The notes beneath the pieces are model-generated. The model had not been told where the DNA came from. It ran no database searches and saw only the letters and a program-made list of their open reading frames with translations. From contig AP017308.1 of NCBI GenBank assembly GCA_001548435.1, forward strand, positions 503,030-567,029: a DNA stretch of 64,000 nt. The letters are read 5' to 3'. This DNA comes from Leptolyngbya sp. NIES-3755. GTDB lineage: Bacteria > Cyanobacteriota > Cyanobacteriia > Leptolyngbyales > Leptolyngbyaceae. Both the position numbers and the translations under genes were made by a program. Below are positions 9,160-18,410 of the stretch, piece by piece (the first letter of the stretch is position 1; the number at the start of each line of letters is the position of its first letter).

Positions 9160-10683
9160 GTGGAAACTTTCTATGTTCTTGAAACGGTAAGGTCAGTCTG
9201 GAATCTCGTATCGATCGTGGTTATGGAATTACAAGAACTCTTCAATGGAATCGTTGTTCGAGGCTTGTCTGGAGAGTTATCTGAGTTTTTTTCGACCAAA
9301 CTATTTACATTTGGTGGAAAGCAATTCTCGATCGGCTCTGTGGTCGAGATTCTGATTCAAGTTGTGATTGTTCTGATTATTGCGAATCTAACGAAGCAAC
9401 TTCTGAAAGAGAGAGTGTTTCCAGGGTTCGGGCTGAATGTCGGAACTCGCGAGTCACTTTCTACGATCGTGAGCTATATCGTTACGGTTATTGGATTTTT
9501 CGTTGTTGTTGAAACGACTGGAATTAATCTGAGTTCTCTTACCGTATTTGCAGGTGCGATCGGGATTGGGTTTGGGATTGGTTTGCAGAACATCACGAGC
9601 AATTTTATTAGTGGCATCACATTGTTGTTTGAGCAGCCTGTGAAGGTCGGTGACTATATTGAAGTCGATCAAATGGCGGGAGTTGTTGAAGAAATTTCGG
9701 TTCGCAGTACAACGATTCGGACGATCAATGGGGTGCATGTGATTGTGCCTAATAGTCGAGTGCTTGAGAATAGTGTGGTGAACTGGAACTATCGTGATCC
9801 AGAATCTCGATTAGTGATCCCGGTTTCAGTCGTAGATGAGAGTGATTCTCTGACTGTGATGGAAGCATTGTTGGCGGCTGCACGTCAGGAACCGAGAGTG
9901 TTAACTTTGCCATCCCCAGAGGTTTATTTCAAGGGATTAGATGTTGAGAATTCCATGCTGAAGTTTGAACTATTAGTGTGGATTGATCACCCGATCGAGA
10001 TGGATTCGATTAAAAGTGCATTGTATTTTTTGATTGAAGCAGAGTTTCGCGATCGCGATCTCGACACCAAAGCGGCTCCGACTGATATTGTGCTGAACGA
10101 TTTACCTACAATTGTTCAACTCTTACAAAATAAAACTCATCAAAATGGTTCAGCAACTCCAGTCATGCAGCCTGAAAAGCCGATTAGTGGTTGGCTTCTG
10201 CGCGATTTGCTGAAGAAAGTAAGCTATTTTCAACATTGTTCTGATGTAGAGCTTCGACAGGTGATCGAGAAAGGCTATCGTAAGCGATTGGCAGCGGGTG
10301 AAGTGATTGCACGAGAAAATGATCCAGGAGATTCGTTTTATCTCATTTTGTCGGGTGCGGTTGAAGTCGTGGTGGAATCTATCGATCGACAAGTTGCGGT
10401 TCGACGTGCGGGTGAATTTATCGGAGAGATGTCGCTTTTGTTGGGAACGCCTCGGAGTGCCACTTTACGCACAGTTGAGGATACGATTCTGTTCGTCGTA
10501 GATCATGGAAATCTTCAAAGCTTGCTCAGTAGTCATCAGGGATTGGCGGATCAAATTGCTGAGGAACTATCGCATCGGCAGGAGACACTTAAAAGTATCG
10601 GTGTGACTGTGATGGAAGCGACGAAAGAAGAATCGCGGTTTGAATTGATTCGGAAACAGATTCGATCGATCTTTGATCTGTAA
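9160..10683 (+). CDS. MscS-family mechanosensitive channel with C-terminal cyclic-nucleotide-binding domain (bCNG-type channel); start may be the internal ATG at 9223
   Basis: TM helices, the MscS pore/beta domain (GIGFGIGLQNITSNFISGITLLFEQPVKVGDYIEV...VRSTTIRT), then a CAP-type cNMP domain (FYLILSGAVEV...GEMSLLLGTPRSATLRTVE). Confidence 0.8.
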   Translation: METFYVLETVRSVWNLVSIVVMELQELFNGIVVRGLSGELSEFFSTKLFTFGGKQFSIGSVVEILIQVVIVLIIANLTKQLLKERVFPGFGLNVGTRESLSTIVSYIVTVIGFFVVVETTGINLSSLTVFAGAIGIGFGIGLQNITSNFISGITLLFEQPVKVGDYIEVDQMAGVVEEISVRSTTIRTINGVHVIVPNSRVLENSVVNWNYRDPESRLVIPVSVVDESDSLTVMEALLAAARQEPRVLTLPSPEVYFKGLDVENSMLKFELLVWIDHPIEMDSIKSALYFLIEAEFRDRDLDTKAAPTDIVLNDLPTIVQLLQNKTHQNGSATPVMQPEKPISGWLLRDLLKKVSYFQHCSDVELRQVIEKGYRKRLAAGEVIARENDPGDSFYLILSGAVEVVVESIDRQVAVRRAGEFIGEMSLLLGTPRSATLRTVEDTILFVVDHGNLQSLLSSHQGLADQIAEELSHRQETLKSIGVTVMEATKEESRFELIRKQIRSIFDL

Positions 10684-10760
10684 ATTCCCCTCTTGAGATA
10701 GATACTCAGCACCTTCACATTGCGTTAGTCTCGGCTACGAACTGATCGCGGCGATCGTAC

Positions 10761-11210
10761 ATGTTACTGCTGCTTTTCCATCTTGATGAAGATACTTATG
10801 CGATCGATAGCACTCATGTGATTGAAGTGTTGCCGATCGTGATGCTGCGAAAAGTTTATCAAGTGCCTGCTCATGTTTCAGGCGTGTTTCGATATCGTAA
10901 TTGCATTGTGCCTGTGGTGGATCTTTGTAAGCTGATTCGGGGTGAAGCTTCTCGATCGAGGTTTAGTACTCGCATCATTATGGTTCGATATCAGACTAGA
11001 AATGGTGAAGATGCTTATGTAGGATTGTTAGCCGAACGAGTAACTGAAACACTTAATTTACCTGATCTCAAGCCCACAGAACAAAGCCATGATGGTTCTT
11101 ATCTCGGTGAAGTCTTAATGCACGATAGTGAAATGATTCAGCGATTTCGGTGGGAATCTTTGATCACTGATGTTCAGAATGCAGCACTAATTTCGGGAGG
11201 GGCTTGTTGA
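10761..11210 (+). CDS. CheW-like coupling protein (WspB-equivalent)
   Basis: 149 aa single CheW-like domain (YAIDSTHVIEVLPI...VPAHVSGVFRYRNCIVPVVDL). Confidence 0.8.
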   Translation: MLLLLFHLDEDTYAIDSTHVIEVLPIVMLRKVYQVPAHVSGVFRYRNCIVPVVDLCKLIRGEASRSRFSTRIIMVRYQTRNGEDAYVGLLAERVTETLNLPDLKPTEQSHDGSYLGEVLMHDSEMIQRFRWESLITDVQNAALISGGAC

Positions 11211-11214
11211 GTGA

Positions 11215-12363
11215 ATGGTGCAAACAACGATTGAAGCAATGTTGAAACAGAAGATTGGATTAGATGCAAATAGTATTGGATCAAACGCGATCGCTTATGT
11301 CATTGATCAGCGTCGATCGCGCTGCGGTTCTCCCAATCTCAATGACTATTACGATCGTTTGCAACATTCACCCGAAGAACTTAATGCCTTAATTGAAGCG
11401 GTTGTTGTTCCTGAAACTTGGTTTTTTCGCGATCGAGAACCTTTTGCCTATCTAAAGCAATGGATTCAGACTGAATGGAGGTCAACTACGAAATTGCGTG
11501 TTCTTTCTGCACCTTGTTCGACCGGAGAAGAACCGTATTCGATCGCGATCACATTGCTTGAATCAGGACTATCAACACAGCAGTTTGGAATTGATGCGAT
11601 CGACATTAGCCAAACTGTTTTAGAAAGAGCGAAAAAGGCAACGTATTCAAAGCGATCGTTTCGAGGAAATGCGTCTGCTAACTTGACGTACTTCGAGAAA
11701 ATTGGCGAGCAATATCAAGTACGATCGCACATTCGTAATACGGTTCAATTTGTTCGAGAAAATCTTGTAGAACCTCGGTTTATTCTCGATCGACACTATG
11801 ATGTGATTTTTTGTCGAAACTTGTTGATTTATCTCGATCAAGAATCGCGATCGCAAGTGATGAAAATTCTCGATCGAGCTTTAGCGACTCCTGGCGTATT
11901 GTTCTTAGGTGCAGTAGAAACATCACAAGTTCCATTCAATACTTATCAACCAGTTCATCACTCTGGTGCATTTGCTTATCGAAAAGTAGAGCGATCAGAA
12001 CCCGCACCGCTCAGAATCCCAATTATTCAATCGTTACCGCCACTAAAGTCATTTCCAAAGCTTCCGAAATTAGAGCAAGTAAAACAATGTTTGGCACAAG
12101 GGAAACTCACCGAAGCAGCACGACTTTGTGAAGCTTATCTAATGAACGATCGAACCGATACAAACGCTTACTTTCTTCTCAGCAAAATCTATCAGGAACT
12201 TAAACAACTTCCTCAAGCAGAACAAGCTTTACAAAAAGCGATTTATCTTAATCCTAAATTCTATGATGCCTTGATTGAATTAGCAGTGTTGAAAGAGCAA
12301 CAAGGAGATTTTACAACCGCAAAGATTCTCAGAGCAAGAGTTCAAAGACTTCTCAATTTATAA
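11215..12363 (+). CDS. CheR-type MCP methyltransferase with C-terminal TPR repeats (WspC-like)
   Basis: CheR N-terminal and SAM-binding motifs (ETWFFRD, LSAPCSTGEEPYSIAI), followed by C-terminal TPRs. Confidence 0.85.
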   Translation: MVQTTIEAMLKQKIGLDANSIGSNAIAYVIDQRRSRCGSPNLNDYYDRLQHSPEELNALIEAVVVPETWFFRDREPFAYLKQWIQTEWRSTTKLRVLSAPCSTGEEPYSIAITLLESGLSTQQFGIDAIDISQTVLERAKKATYSKRSFRGNASANLTYFEKIGEQYQVRSHIRNTVQFVRENLVEPRFILDRHYDVIFCRNLLIYLDQESRSQVMKILDRALATPGVLFLGAVETSQVPFNTYQPVHHSGAFAYRKVERSEPAPLRIPIIQSLPPLKSFPKLPKLEQVKQCLAQGKLTEAARLCEAYLMNDRTDTNAYFLLSKIYQELKQLPQAEQALQKAIYLNPKFYDALIELAVLKEQQGDFTTAKILRARVQRLLNL

Positions 12364-12373
12364 GGTTATTCCT

Positions 12374-13969
12374 ATGCTAAACAGAATCACAAATCGAATT
12401 TTACTCGGTTATTCTATTCCGCTAATCTTTCTGATTATCCTGAGCGCGATCGTCTATCGATCAACAACCCGCACGTTTCAACTCCAAGCCCAAGCCCAAC
12501 AAGCTGAGCGAAATATCCGACAGACTAACGAACTTGTTGAAGGCATCAATCGGATGATTGGCGCGGGTCGGGGTTACTATATCTTTCCAGGGCAGCAGGA
12601 CTTTATCAAAACTTACAGTGCGGGACTGCGACAAGCAAACGAGAAGGCTCAGCAGTTACAATCGACCAATAATCCGATTGTTCGCAATGCAACAGGTGAA
12701 CTTTCGCAGTTAGTTGAACAGTATGATGATGTGTTTCAAAGTGCGTTTCGATCGATTAACCAGCGTAACTTGGCGCAAGCCAGAGCAGAACTCGCAAAGC
12801 CTAGAATTGTCGATGTGTTGGAACGACGCGATCGGGTGGTGAGTGAGCTTCAGAACGAACTCAATCAGATCAATCAATCGGTTGCTGAATCTCAAGGATT
12901 TTTGCTGAGATTGATTGTGATTGGAACGACGCTGACTGTGATTTCAACGATCATCGTTGGACTGTTGAATACTTTGCCTCTGAAGCGTCAACTGCCTAAA
13001 GTGGTGAATGCAGCGGAAGCGATCGCAGATGGCAATCTAACTCATTCGCTGGGTGAAACGAAAGATAAAACTGAGGTGGGTCAATTGCTGGCTGCATTTC
13101 AGAACATGATCAAAAGCTTGAATGGTTTGATTTCTCAGGCTCAGCGATCGGGCATTCAAATCAGTACTTCAACCACACAGATCGCGGCGGCTGGCAAACA
13201 ATTAGAAGCAACAGTTAACGAGCAATTTGCCTCAATGAATGAAGTGAATGCGACAGCACGACAGATTGCAATGACAGCAGGGAACTTAGCACGATCGATG
13301 GATGAGGTGGTGAAAACAGCCCAAGAAACAACTCATGCAGCGACAGATAGTCAGACGAACTTAGATAAGATTCAGTCTGCGATGCAAAGACTTGGATATG
13401 CGACGAATTCGATCTCATCTAAGTTGAAAGTGATGGATGAGAAAGCGAACAATATCAATACTGTTGTCACTACCATTACGAAGGTGGCGGATCAAACGAA
13501 TTTACTATCTCTGAATGCTGCGATCGAGGCAGAAAAAGCGGGAGAATATGGTGCTGGATTCGCTGTGGTTGCCCGTGAGATTCGACGTTTAGCCGATCAA
13601 GCCGCAGTTGCGACTCTGGAAATCGAACAGATGGTAAAAGAAATGCAATCCTCGGTTTCAACAGGTGTAATTGAAGTTGATAAATTTCGTGGGGAAGTGA
13701 AGCAATATGTGGATGAAGTTGGCAATGTGAGTCAGCAGATTGAAAGCTTTATCGGTGATGTGCAAGGACTGACACCCAGATTTGTTACCGTCAGTCAAAG
13801 CATGGATGAGCAATATCGAGGAGCCGAGCAGATTAGTACTGCGATCGCTCAATTGCGAGATGCGTCTCAACAAACTGTACAGTCGATTCAGGAAACGAAC
13901 TATGCACTGACTCAATTAGACGATGCGACACGGGGCTTGCAGCGTGAAATTTCACAATTCAAGGTGTAA
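12374..13969 (+). CDS. Methyl-accepting chemotaxis protein with CHASE3-like periplasmic sensor, HAMP and MA domains (WspA-equivalent)
   Basis: Two TM segments flank a region of about 150 aa with a GRGYYIF...Y motif like the CHASE3 domain of the histidine kinase at 53571. HAMP and the highly conserved MA signalling core (LLSLNAAIEAEKAGEYGAGFAVVAREIRRLADQ) follow. Confidence 0.85.
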   Translation: MLNRITNRILLGYSIPLIFLIILSAIVYRSTTRTFQLQAQAQQAERNIRQTNELVEGINRMIGAGRGYYIFPGQQDFIKTYSAGLRQANEKAQQLQSTNNPIVRNATGELSQLVEQYDDVFQSAFRSINQRNLAQARAELAKPRIVDVLERRDRVVSELQNELNQINQSVAESQGFLLRLIVIGTTLTVISTIIVGLLNTLPLKRQLPKVVNAAEAIADGNLTHSLGETKDKTEVGQLLAAFQNMIKSLNGLISQAQRSGIQISTSTTQIAAAGKQLEATVNEQFASMNEVNATARQIAMTAGNLARSMDEVVKTAQETTHAATDSQTNLDKIQSAMQRLGYATNSISSKLKVMDEKANNINTVVTTITKVADQTNLLSLNAAIEAEKAGEYGAGFAVVAREIRRLADQAAVATLEIEQMVKEMQSSVSTGVIEVDKFRGEVKQYVDEVGNVSQQIESFIGDVQGLTPRFVTVSQSMDEQYRGAEQISTAIAQLRDASQQTVQSIQETNYALTQLDDATRGLQREISQFKV

Positions 13970-13972
13970 GTC

Positions 13973-14635
13973 ATGGTCACGATCGAAGAAATCAGCGATT
14001 GTTGGAATCAGATCGGCGCAGAAGGCGATCGCAGTTGTGATCAGCTTAAACAGATGACGCATTGCCATAATTGCCCAGTGTTTGCGAAATCTGGAAGCTT
14101 GTTATTAGAGCGAGAAGTTCCGAGTGAGTATATTCAGGAATGGACGAACACGATCGCAGAACGTGGATCAGCCCTGAGTTTGCGATCGACTGAGGAAATG
14201 CTTTCACTGATTCTGTTCCGGTTGGGAAATGAACAGTTCGCAATTTCAGTACGATCGCTACAAGAAGTGATTCGTCTAGCTCGAATTCATACTCTGCCCC
14301 ATCGCAGCAATTCTCTATTTTTAGGTCTGACTAGCATTCGAGGCGAAATCTTACTTTGTGCATCTCTCAGAGAGTTTCTGAACTTAGAGCCTGCTGCATC
14401 ATCAGGACGCGAACAAATGCTAGTCGTGGGAACAACTCAGCGTAAATGGGTGTTTCCAGTCGATGAAGTGTATGGAATTCACCGCTATCCCTTACGAGAG
14501 ATTCAAGATCCGCCTGTTGTTCTGCTCAAAACAAATTCAGCTTATACACAAGGGATTGTTAACTGGAACGATCAGAAAGTGAACTATCTGAATGCAGAAT
14601 TGCTCATTGACACGCTTGATCGGAGATTGCTATGA
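13973..14635 (+). CDS. CheW-like coupling protein with N-terminal Cys-cluster extension (WspD-equivalent)
   Basis: CheW domain (LILFRLGNEQFAISVRSLQEV...). The N-terminal 40 aa carry C-x12-C-x8-C-H-N-C. Confidence 0.75.
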   Translation: MVTIEEISDCWNQIGAEGDRSCDQLKQMTHCHNCPVFAKSGSLLLEREVPSEYIQEWTNTIAERGSALSLRSTEEMLSLILFRLGNEQFAISVRSLQEVIRLARIHTLPHRSNSLFLGLTSIRGEILLCASLREFLNLEPAASSGREQMLVVGTTQRKWVFPVDEVYGIHRYPLREIQDPPVVLLKTNSAYTQGIVNWNDQKVNYLNAELLIDTLDRRLL

Positions 14636-17430
14636 GCTATTCAATGCGCGATCTGTTTCAGCAAGAAACGAGTACTCAAGTCGATCGCTTAAAACAATGT
14701 TTAACTCGTTTACAGCAACAGCCTGATCAAAAAGATGAGATTGATACGGCTTTGCATTCGATTCGTGCGATCGTGGGCGCGGCTCATTTGATCGAATTTA
14801 CGGCTGCGATTCATTTAGCAGAGGTGATGCAATCTTGTTTGAATGCCGCTTATCAGGATCGGCGACCTTTAACTCCTGAGAGACTAGAAGCATTGCTGCA
14901 TGGCTGTACTTTGCTTTCTCAGATGAGTCAGCTTGAGGAAACGGAACAATGGTTGTCGAATCATGGCGAGGATCTAGAGAAAACAGAAAAGTCGATCGAG
15001 GAAACATCGTCTGCTGAAGTGAATGGATCATTGAACAATGGTGTGCCCTCACCCCCAGCCCCTCTCCCAGAAGGAGAGGGGGGCAAGAATTCTAGTTCCC
15101 TCTCCCCTAGGGAGAGGGTTAGGGTGAGGGCTACAACCGATTCAAACGAAGCGAATACACCTCAATTGCTGATAGAAGAGCCACCTGAGTCTTCTCCTCA
15201 AAGCCTTGTTCAAGATGATCCGGAATTGATGGAATTGTTTCGGCAAGAAGTCGAAGCACAAACGATTACATTGAATCGGGGATTAGTCGCGATCGAAGCT
15301 CATCCCAATTCCCGTCAAGAGCTTGAATCCCTCATGAGAGCCGCACACTCAATCAAAGGAGCCGCTCGAATTGTTGGGCTAGATGTTGCAGTCGAATTAG
15401 CGCATCAGATGGAGGATTGCTTTGTAGCGGCTCAGAAACAATCTTTTAAGATCAATGCAGCCATGATCGATGCGTTGTTTCGCGGTGTCGATCTAATTCA
15501 ATCGATTAGCCAAACCCAGAATGTTCAACAATGGCTTTCTCAACATCGTTCTGACCTTGAATCTGTTCATCAATTGCTGTCTTCTGATGCTGCTCCCGTT
15601 TCACAGCCCGTTCCACAACCTGTTCCTACTCCTGCACCGATTTCTCCAAAGATCGAACCTCCAGAGCCTGAAGTGAACACACAGAGCAATACACGTGAAC
15701 GCGATGCCTCCGGCACACGGGAACGTGACCGAGTGGTTCGCATTAGTGCCGATAACTTAAATCGCATTGTTGGACTGGCTGGTGAATCAATGGTTGAAGC
15801 GTATTGGCTCCAGCCCTTTGCAGAATCATTGATGGAACTCCGATCGAAACAAATCGCGCTCTCAAAAGCTCTAGAAGATCTGCAACAATCGCATCCGATC
15901 GAGCAGTTAGAGACACTGCGGCAACAAGAGCGAGAATGTCGGGATTCATTAAGCGATCGTATTGCTGAACTCGGTGAATACATTCGACGGACTGATAATT
16001 TGTCCGATCGCTTATATCGAGAGGTGATTCAATCTCAGATGCGACCGTTTGCGGATGGAGTGCAGGGTTTCCCACGAATGGTACGAGACTTGTCGCGACA
16101 GATTGGAAAGCAAGTCAACTTCTCGATCGTTGGAGAGAATACGCCTGTCGATCGAGATATTTTGACCAAGCTCGAAGCTCCGATTACTCATATTTTGCGA
16201 AATGCGATCGATCACGGAATCGAGTCGCCTGAAGACCGGATTAAAGCTGGAAAATCCGCAGAGGGAACGATTCAACTCGAAGCTTCTCATCGGGGTGGAA
16301 TGTTGATGATTAGCATTTCTGATGATGGAAAAGGGATAGATGTCGATCGGGTTCGCAAACAGGTGATTCGTCGCCATCTTGCACCGCCAGAATTTGCGAG
16401 ACGAATGAGCCACGGTGAATTGATGGAATTTCTCTTTTTGCCTGGTTTTTCGCTCTCGAAACAAGTGACAGAGCTATCCGGGCGCGGTGTTGGATTGGAT
16501 ATTGTGAAAGCGATGGCGCAGGAGGTCGGAGGTTCTGTTCGTGCAACCTCTTCACTCGGTTCGGGTACAAGTTTTCACTTGCAGTTACCGCTTACCTTGT
16601 CAGTCGTGCGAACATTGCTGGTCGAGGTTTCGGGTGAACAATATGCGTTCCCTTTGTCGCGGATCGATCGAATTCTCAGTCTCGATCGAGCTTCGATTTC
16701 TGTGGTCGAAAATCAGCCTTACTTTACCTTTAATGATCAACATATTGGATTGATTTCGCTGAATCAAGTGTTTGATCTACAGCAATCTAGTTCACTGTCT
16801 GAATCGCTGTGTGTGATTGTTTTAAGTTATCAATCAGCGCAGTATGGATTAATTGTCGATCGAACATTGGGAGAGCGAGAATTAGTAGTACGCCCGCTCG
16901 ATCCACGTCTTGGAAAAGTTCAAGATATCGGTGCTGCATCATTGATGAGTGATGGTTCATTAGTTCTGATTGTCGATGTTTCGGATTTAGTTCGATCGAT
17001 TAATAAACTATTAGATGCTGGAAAGCTCACAGCACCACGCACCGTTGAGACTGAACAACCGAAAAAACGTATTCTTGTTGTCGATGATTCGATTACAGTA
17101 CGGGAAGTAGAGCGAAAATTATTAGAAAAACACGGATACAGTGTGGATGTCGCGATCGATGGAATGGAAGGTTGGAATGCGGTTCGCAATCAGTCTTATG
17201 ATTTAGTCATTAGTGATGTTGATATGCCTAGAATGAATGGAATCGAGTTAATTCAACAGATTAAGAGTCATGCTCGACTACGATCGACTCCGGTAATCGT
17301 TGTGTCTTATCGCGATCGAGAATCCGATCGATTGCAAGGATTAGATGCAGGAGCCAATTATTATTTAACAAAAAATAGTTTTCAAGATGATACTTTGATT
17401 CAAGCTGTCGTTGATTTGATTGGGCAGTAA
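14632..17430 (+). CDS. Hybrid CheA histidine kinase: degenerate Hpt, canonical Hpt (HSIKGAA), HATPase_c, CheW-like and C-terminal receiver (WspE-like)
   Basis: Two Hpt-like segments, H-box/N/G1/G2 kinase motifs, CheW-like domain, C-terminal REC (ILVVDDS...DLVISDVDMPRMNG). 4-bp overlap with the upstream gene. Confidence 0.9.
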   Translation: MSYSMRDLFQQETSTQVDRLKQCLTRLQQQPDQKDEIDTALHSIRAIVGAAHLIEFTAAIHLAEVMQSCLNAAYQDRRPLTPERLEALLHGCTLLSQMSQLEETEQWLSNHGEDLEKTEKSIEETSSAEVNGSLNNGVPSPPAPLPEGEGGKNSSSLSPRERVRVRATTDSNEANTPQLLIEEPPESSPQSLVQDDPELMELFRQEVEAQTITLNRGLVAIEAHPNSRQELESLMRAAHSIKGAARIVGLDVAVELAHQMEDCFVAAQKQSFKINAAMIDALFRGVDLIQSISQTQNVQQWLSQHRSDLESVHQLLSSDAAPVSQPVPQPVPTPAPISPKIEPPEPEVNTQSNTRERDASGTRERDRVVRISADNLNRIVGLAGESMVEAYWLQPFAESLMELRSKQIALSKALEDLQQSHPIEQLETLRQQERECRDSLSDRIAELGEYIRRTDNLSDRLYREVIQSQMRPFADGVQGFPRMVRDLSRQIGKQVNFSIVGENTPVDRDILTKLEAPITHILRNAIDHGIESPEDRIKAGKSAEGTIQLEASHRGGMLMISISDDGKGIDVDRVRKQVIRRHLAPPEFARRMSHGELMEFLFLPGFSLSKQVTELSGRGVGLDIVKAMAQEVGGSVRATSSLGSGTSFHLQLPLTLSVVRTLLVEVSGEQYAFPLSRIDRILSLDRASISVVENQPYFTFNDQHIGLISLNQVFDLQQSSSLSESLCVIVLSYQSAQYGLIVDRTLGERELVVRPLDPRLGKVQDIGAASLMSDGSLVLIVDVSDLVRSINKLLDAGKLTAPRTVETEQPKKRILVVDDSITVREVERKLLEKHGYSVDVAIDGMEGWNAVRNQSYDLVISDVDMPRMNGIELIQQIKSHARLRSTPVIVVSYRDRESDRLQGLDAGANYYLTKNSFQDDTLIQAVVDLIGQ
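15046..15130. repeat. GC-rich nested-palindrome mini-element inserted in-frame in the cheA inter-Hpt linker (small-dispersed-repeat/MITE-like)
   Basis: CCCTCACCC...CCCCTCTCCCAGAAGGAGAGGGG...CCCTCTCCCCTAGGGAGAGGG...GGGTGAGGG. Outer arms pair with each other and two inner hairpins form. It is translated as PSPPAPLPEGEGGKNSSSLSPRERVRVRA inside an otherwise ordinary CheA linker. Confidence 0.55.
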
Positions 17431-17433
17431 GCG

Positions 17434-18408
17434 ATGAGAATTGCGATCGTCAATGATTTAAGTTTGGCTGTAGAAGCCTTGCGCCGAACGGTCAAACAAG
17501 TTCCACAGCATGAGATTGCTTGGGTCGCTTACACAGGTCTGGAAGCGGTGAATAAATGCGCCCACGATCGCCCTGACTTGATTTTGATGGATTTATTTAT
17601 GCCTGAGATGGATGGCATTGAGGCGACAAAGCTGATTATGCAGCGATCGCCCTGTGCGATTTTGGTTGTTACGGCAGATGTGCAACATAGTTCTGCAAAA
17701 GTGTTTGAAGCAATGGGCTATGGTGCGTTAGATGCGGTGAATACGCCAACTTTAGGGAAAGAAAATGCTCACTTGTTGCTATCGAAAATTAAGACGATCG
17801 GGAAATTGATCGGAAAGTCCGAGTTTGTACCAATTCAGGCTAAAGTCCCTCTAGTGGTGATTGGTGCTTCGACTGGAGGACCAAAAGCGATCGTGACTAT
17901 TCTCTCTCAGTTACCACCCGATTTTGGAGCCGCGATCGTGATTGTTCAGCATGTCGATGTGCAGTTCGCCGCTGGCATGATTGATTGGTTAGATCAGCAA
18001 ACCGTATTAAAAGTGAAAAAAGCGCAGGTTGGCGATCGACCCACGAAAGGTATGGTTTTATTCGCATCGACTAATGATCATCTCTGTTTACAGGCGAATG
18101 GAACATTGACTTATACGCCGTATCCAAAGAGCTATCCTTACCGTCCCTCGGTGGATGTTTTCTTCAAAAGCGTGGCGCAGTATTGGAGCGATCGAGGAAC
18201 TGCGATTTTGCTCACAGGCATGGGACGCGATGGCGCAGAAGGCTTGAAAGCGTTGCGGCTTCAGGGATGGTATACGATCGCTCAAAGTGAATCGAGTTGT
18301 GTCGTTTATGGAATGCCTAAAGCTGCGATCGAGCTAAATGCTGCGGTCGATGTTCTGACTCCCGAAGCGATCGCAACCGCTTTATTGCACCGTTCACATC
18401 AACATTAG
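17434..18408 (+). CDS. cheB: CheB protein-glutamate methylesterase (REC plus methylesterase; WspF-like)
   Basis: REC ([14 protein letters not shown]) plus CheB_methylest ([14 protein letters not shown]...VQHVD) with catalytic Ser/His/Asp. Confidence 0.9.
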   Translation: MRIAIVNDLSLAVEALRRTVKQVPQHEIAWVAYTGLEAVNKCAHDRPDLILMDLFMPEMDGIEATKLIMQRSPCAILVVTADVQHSSAKVFEAMGYGALDAVNTPTLGKENAHLLLSKIKTIGKLIGKSEFVPIQAKVPLVVIGASTGGPKAIVTILSQLPPDFGAAIVIVQHVDVQFAAGMIDWLDQQTVLKVKKAQVGDRPTKGMVLFASTNDHLCLQANGTLTYTPYPKSYPYRPSVDVFFKSVAQYWSDRGTAILLTGMGRDGAEGLKALRLQGWYTIAQSESSCVVYGMPKAAIELNAAVDVLTPEAIATALLHRSHQH

Positions 18409-18410
18409 TC

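Noticed and set aside
15570-16570. Series of minus-strand ORFs (137, 110, 150, 86 aa) inside cheA
   Set aside because: They are antisense to a strongly supported, motif-rich CheA coding frame, and they have no family resemblance.
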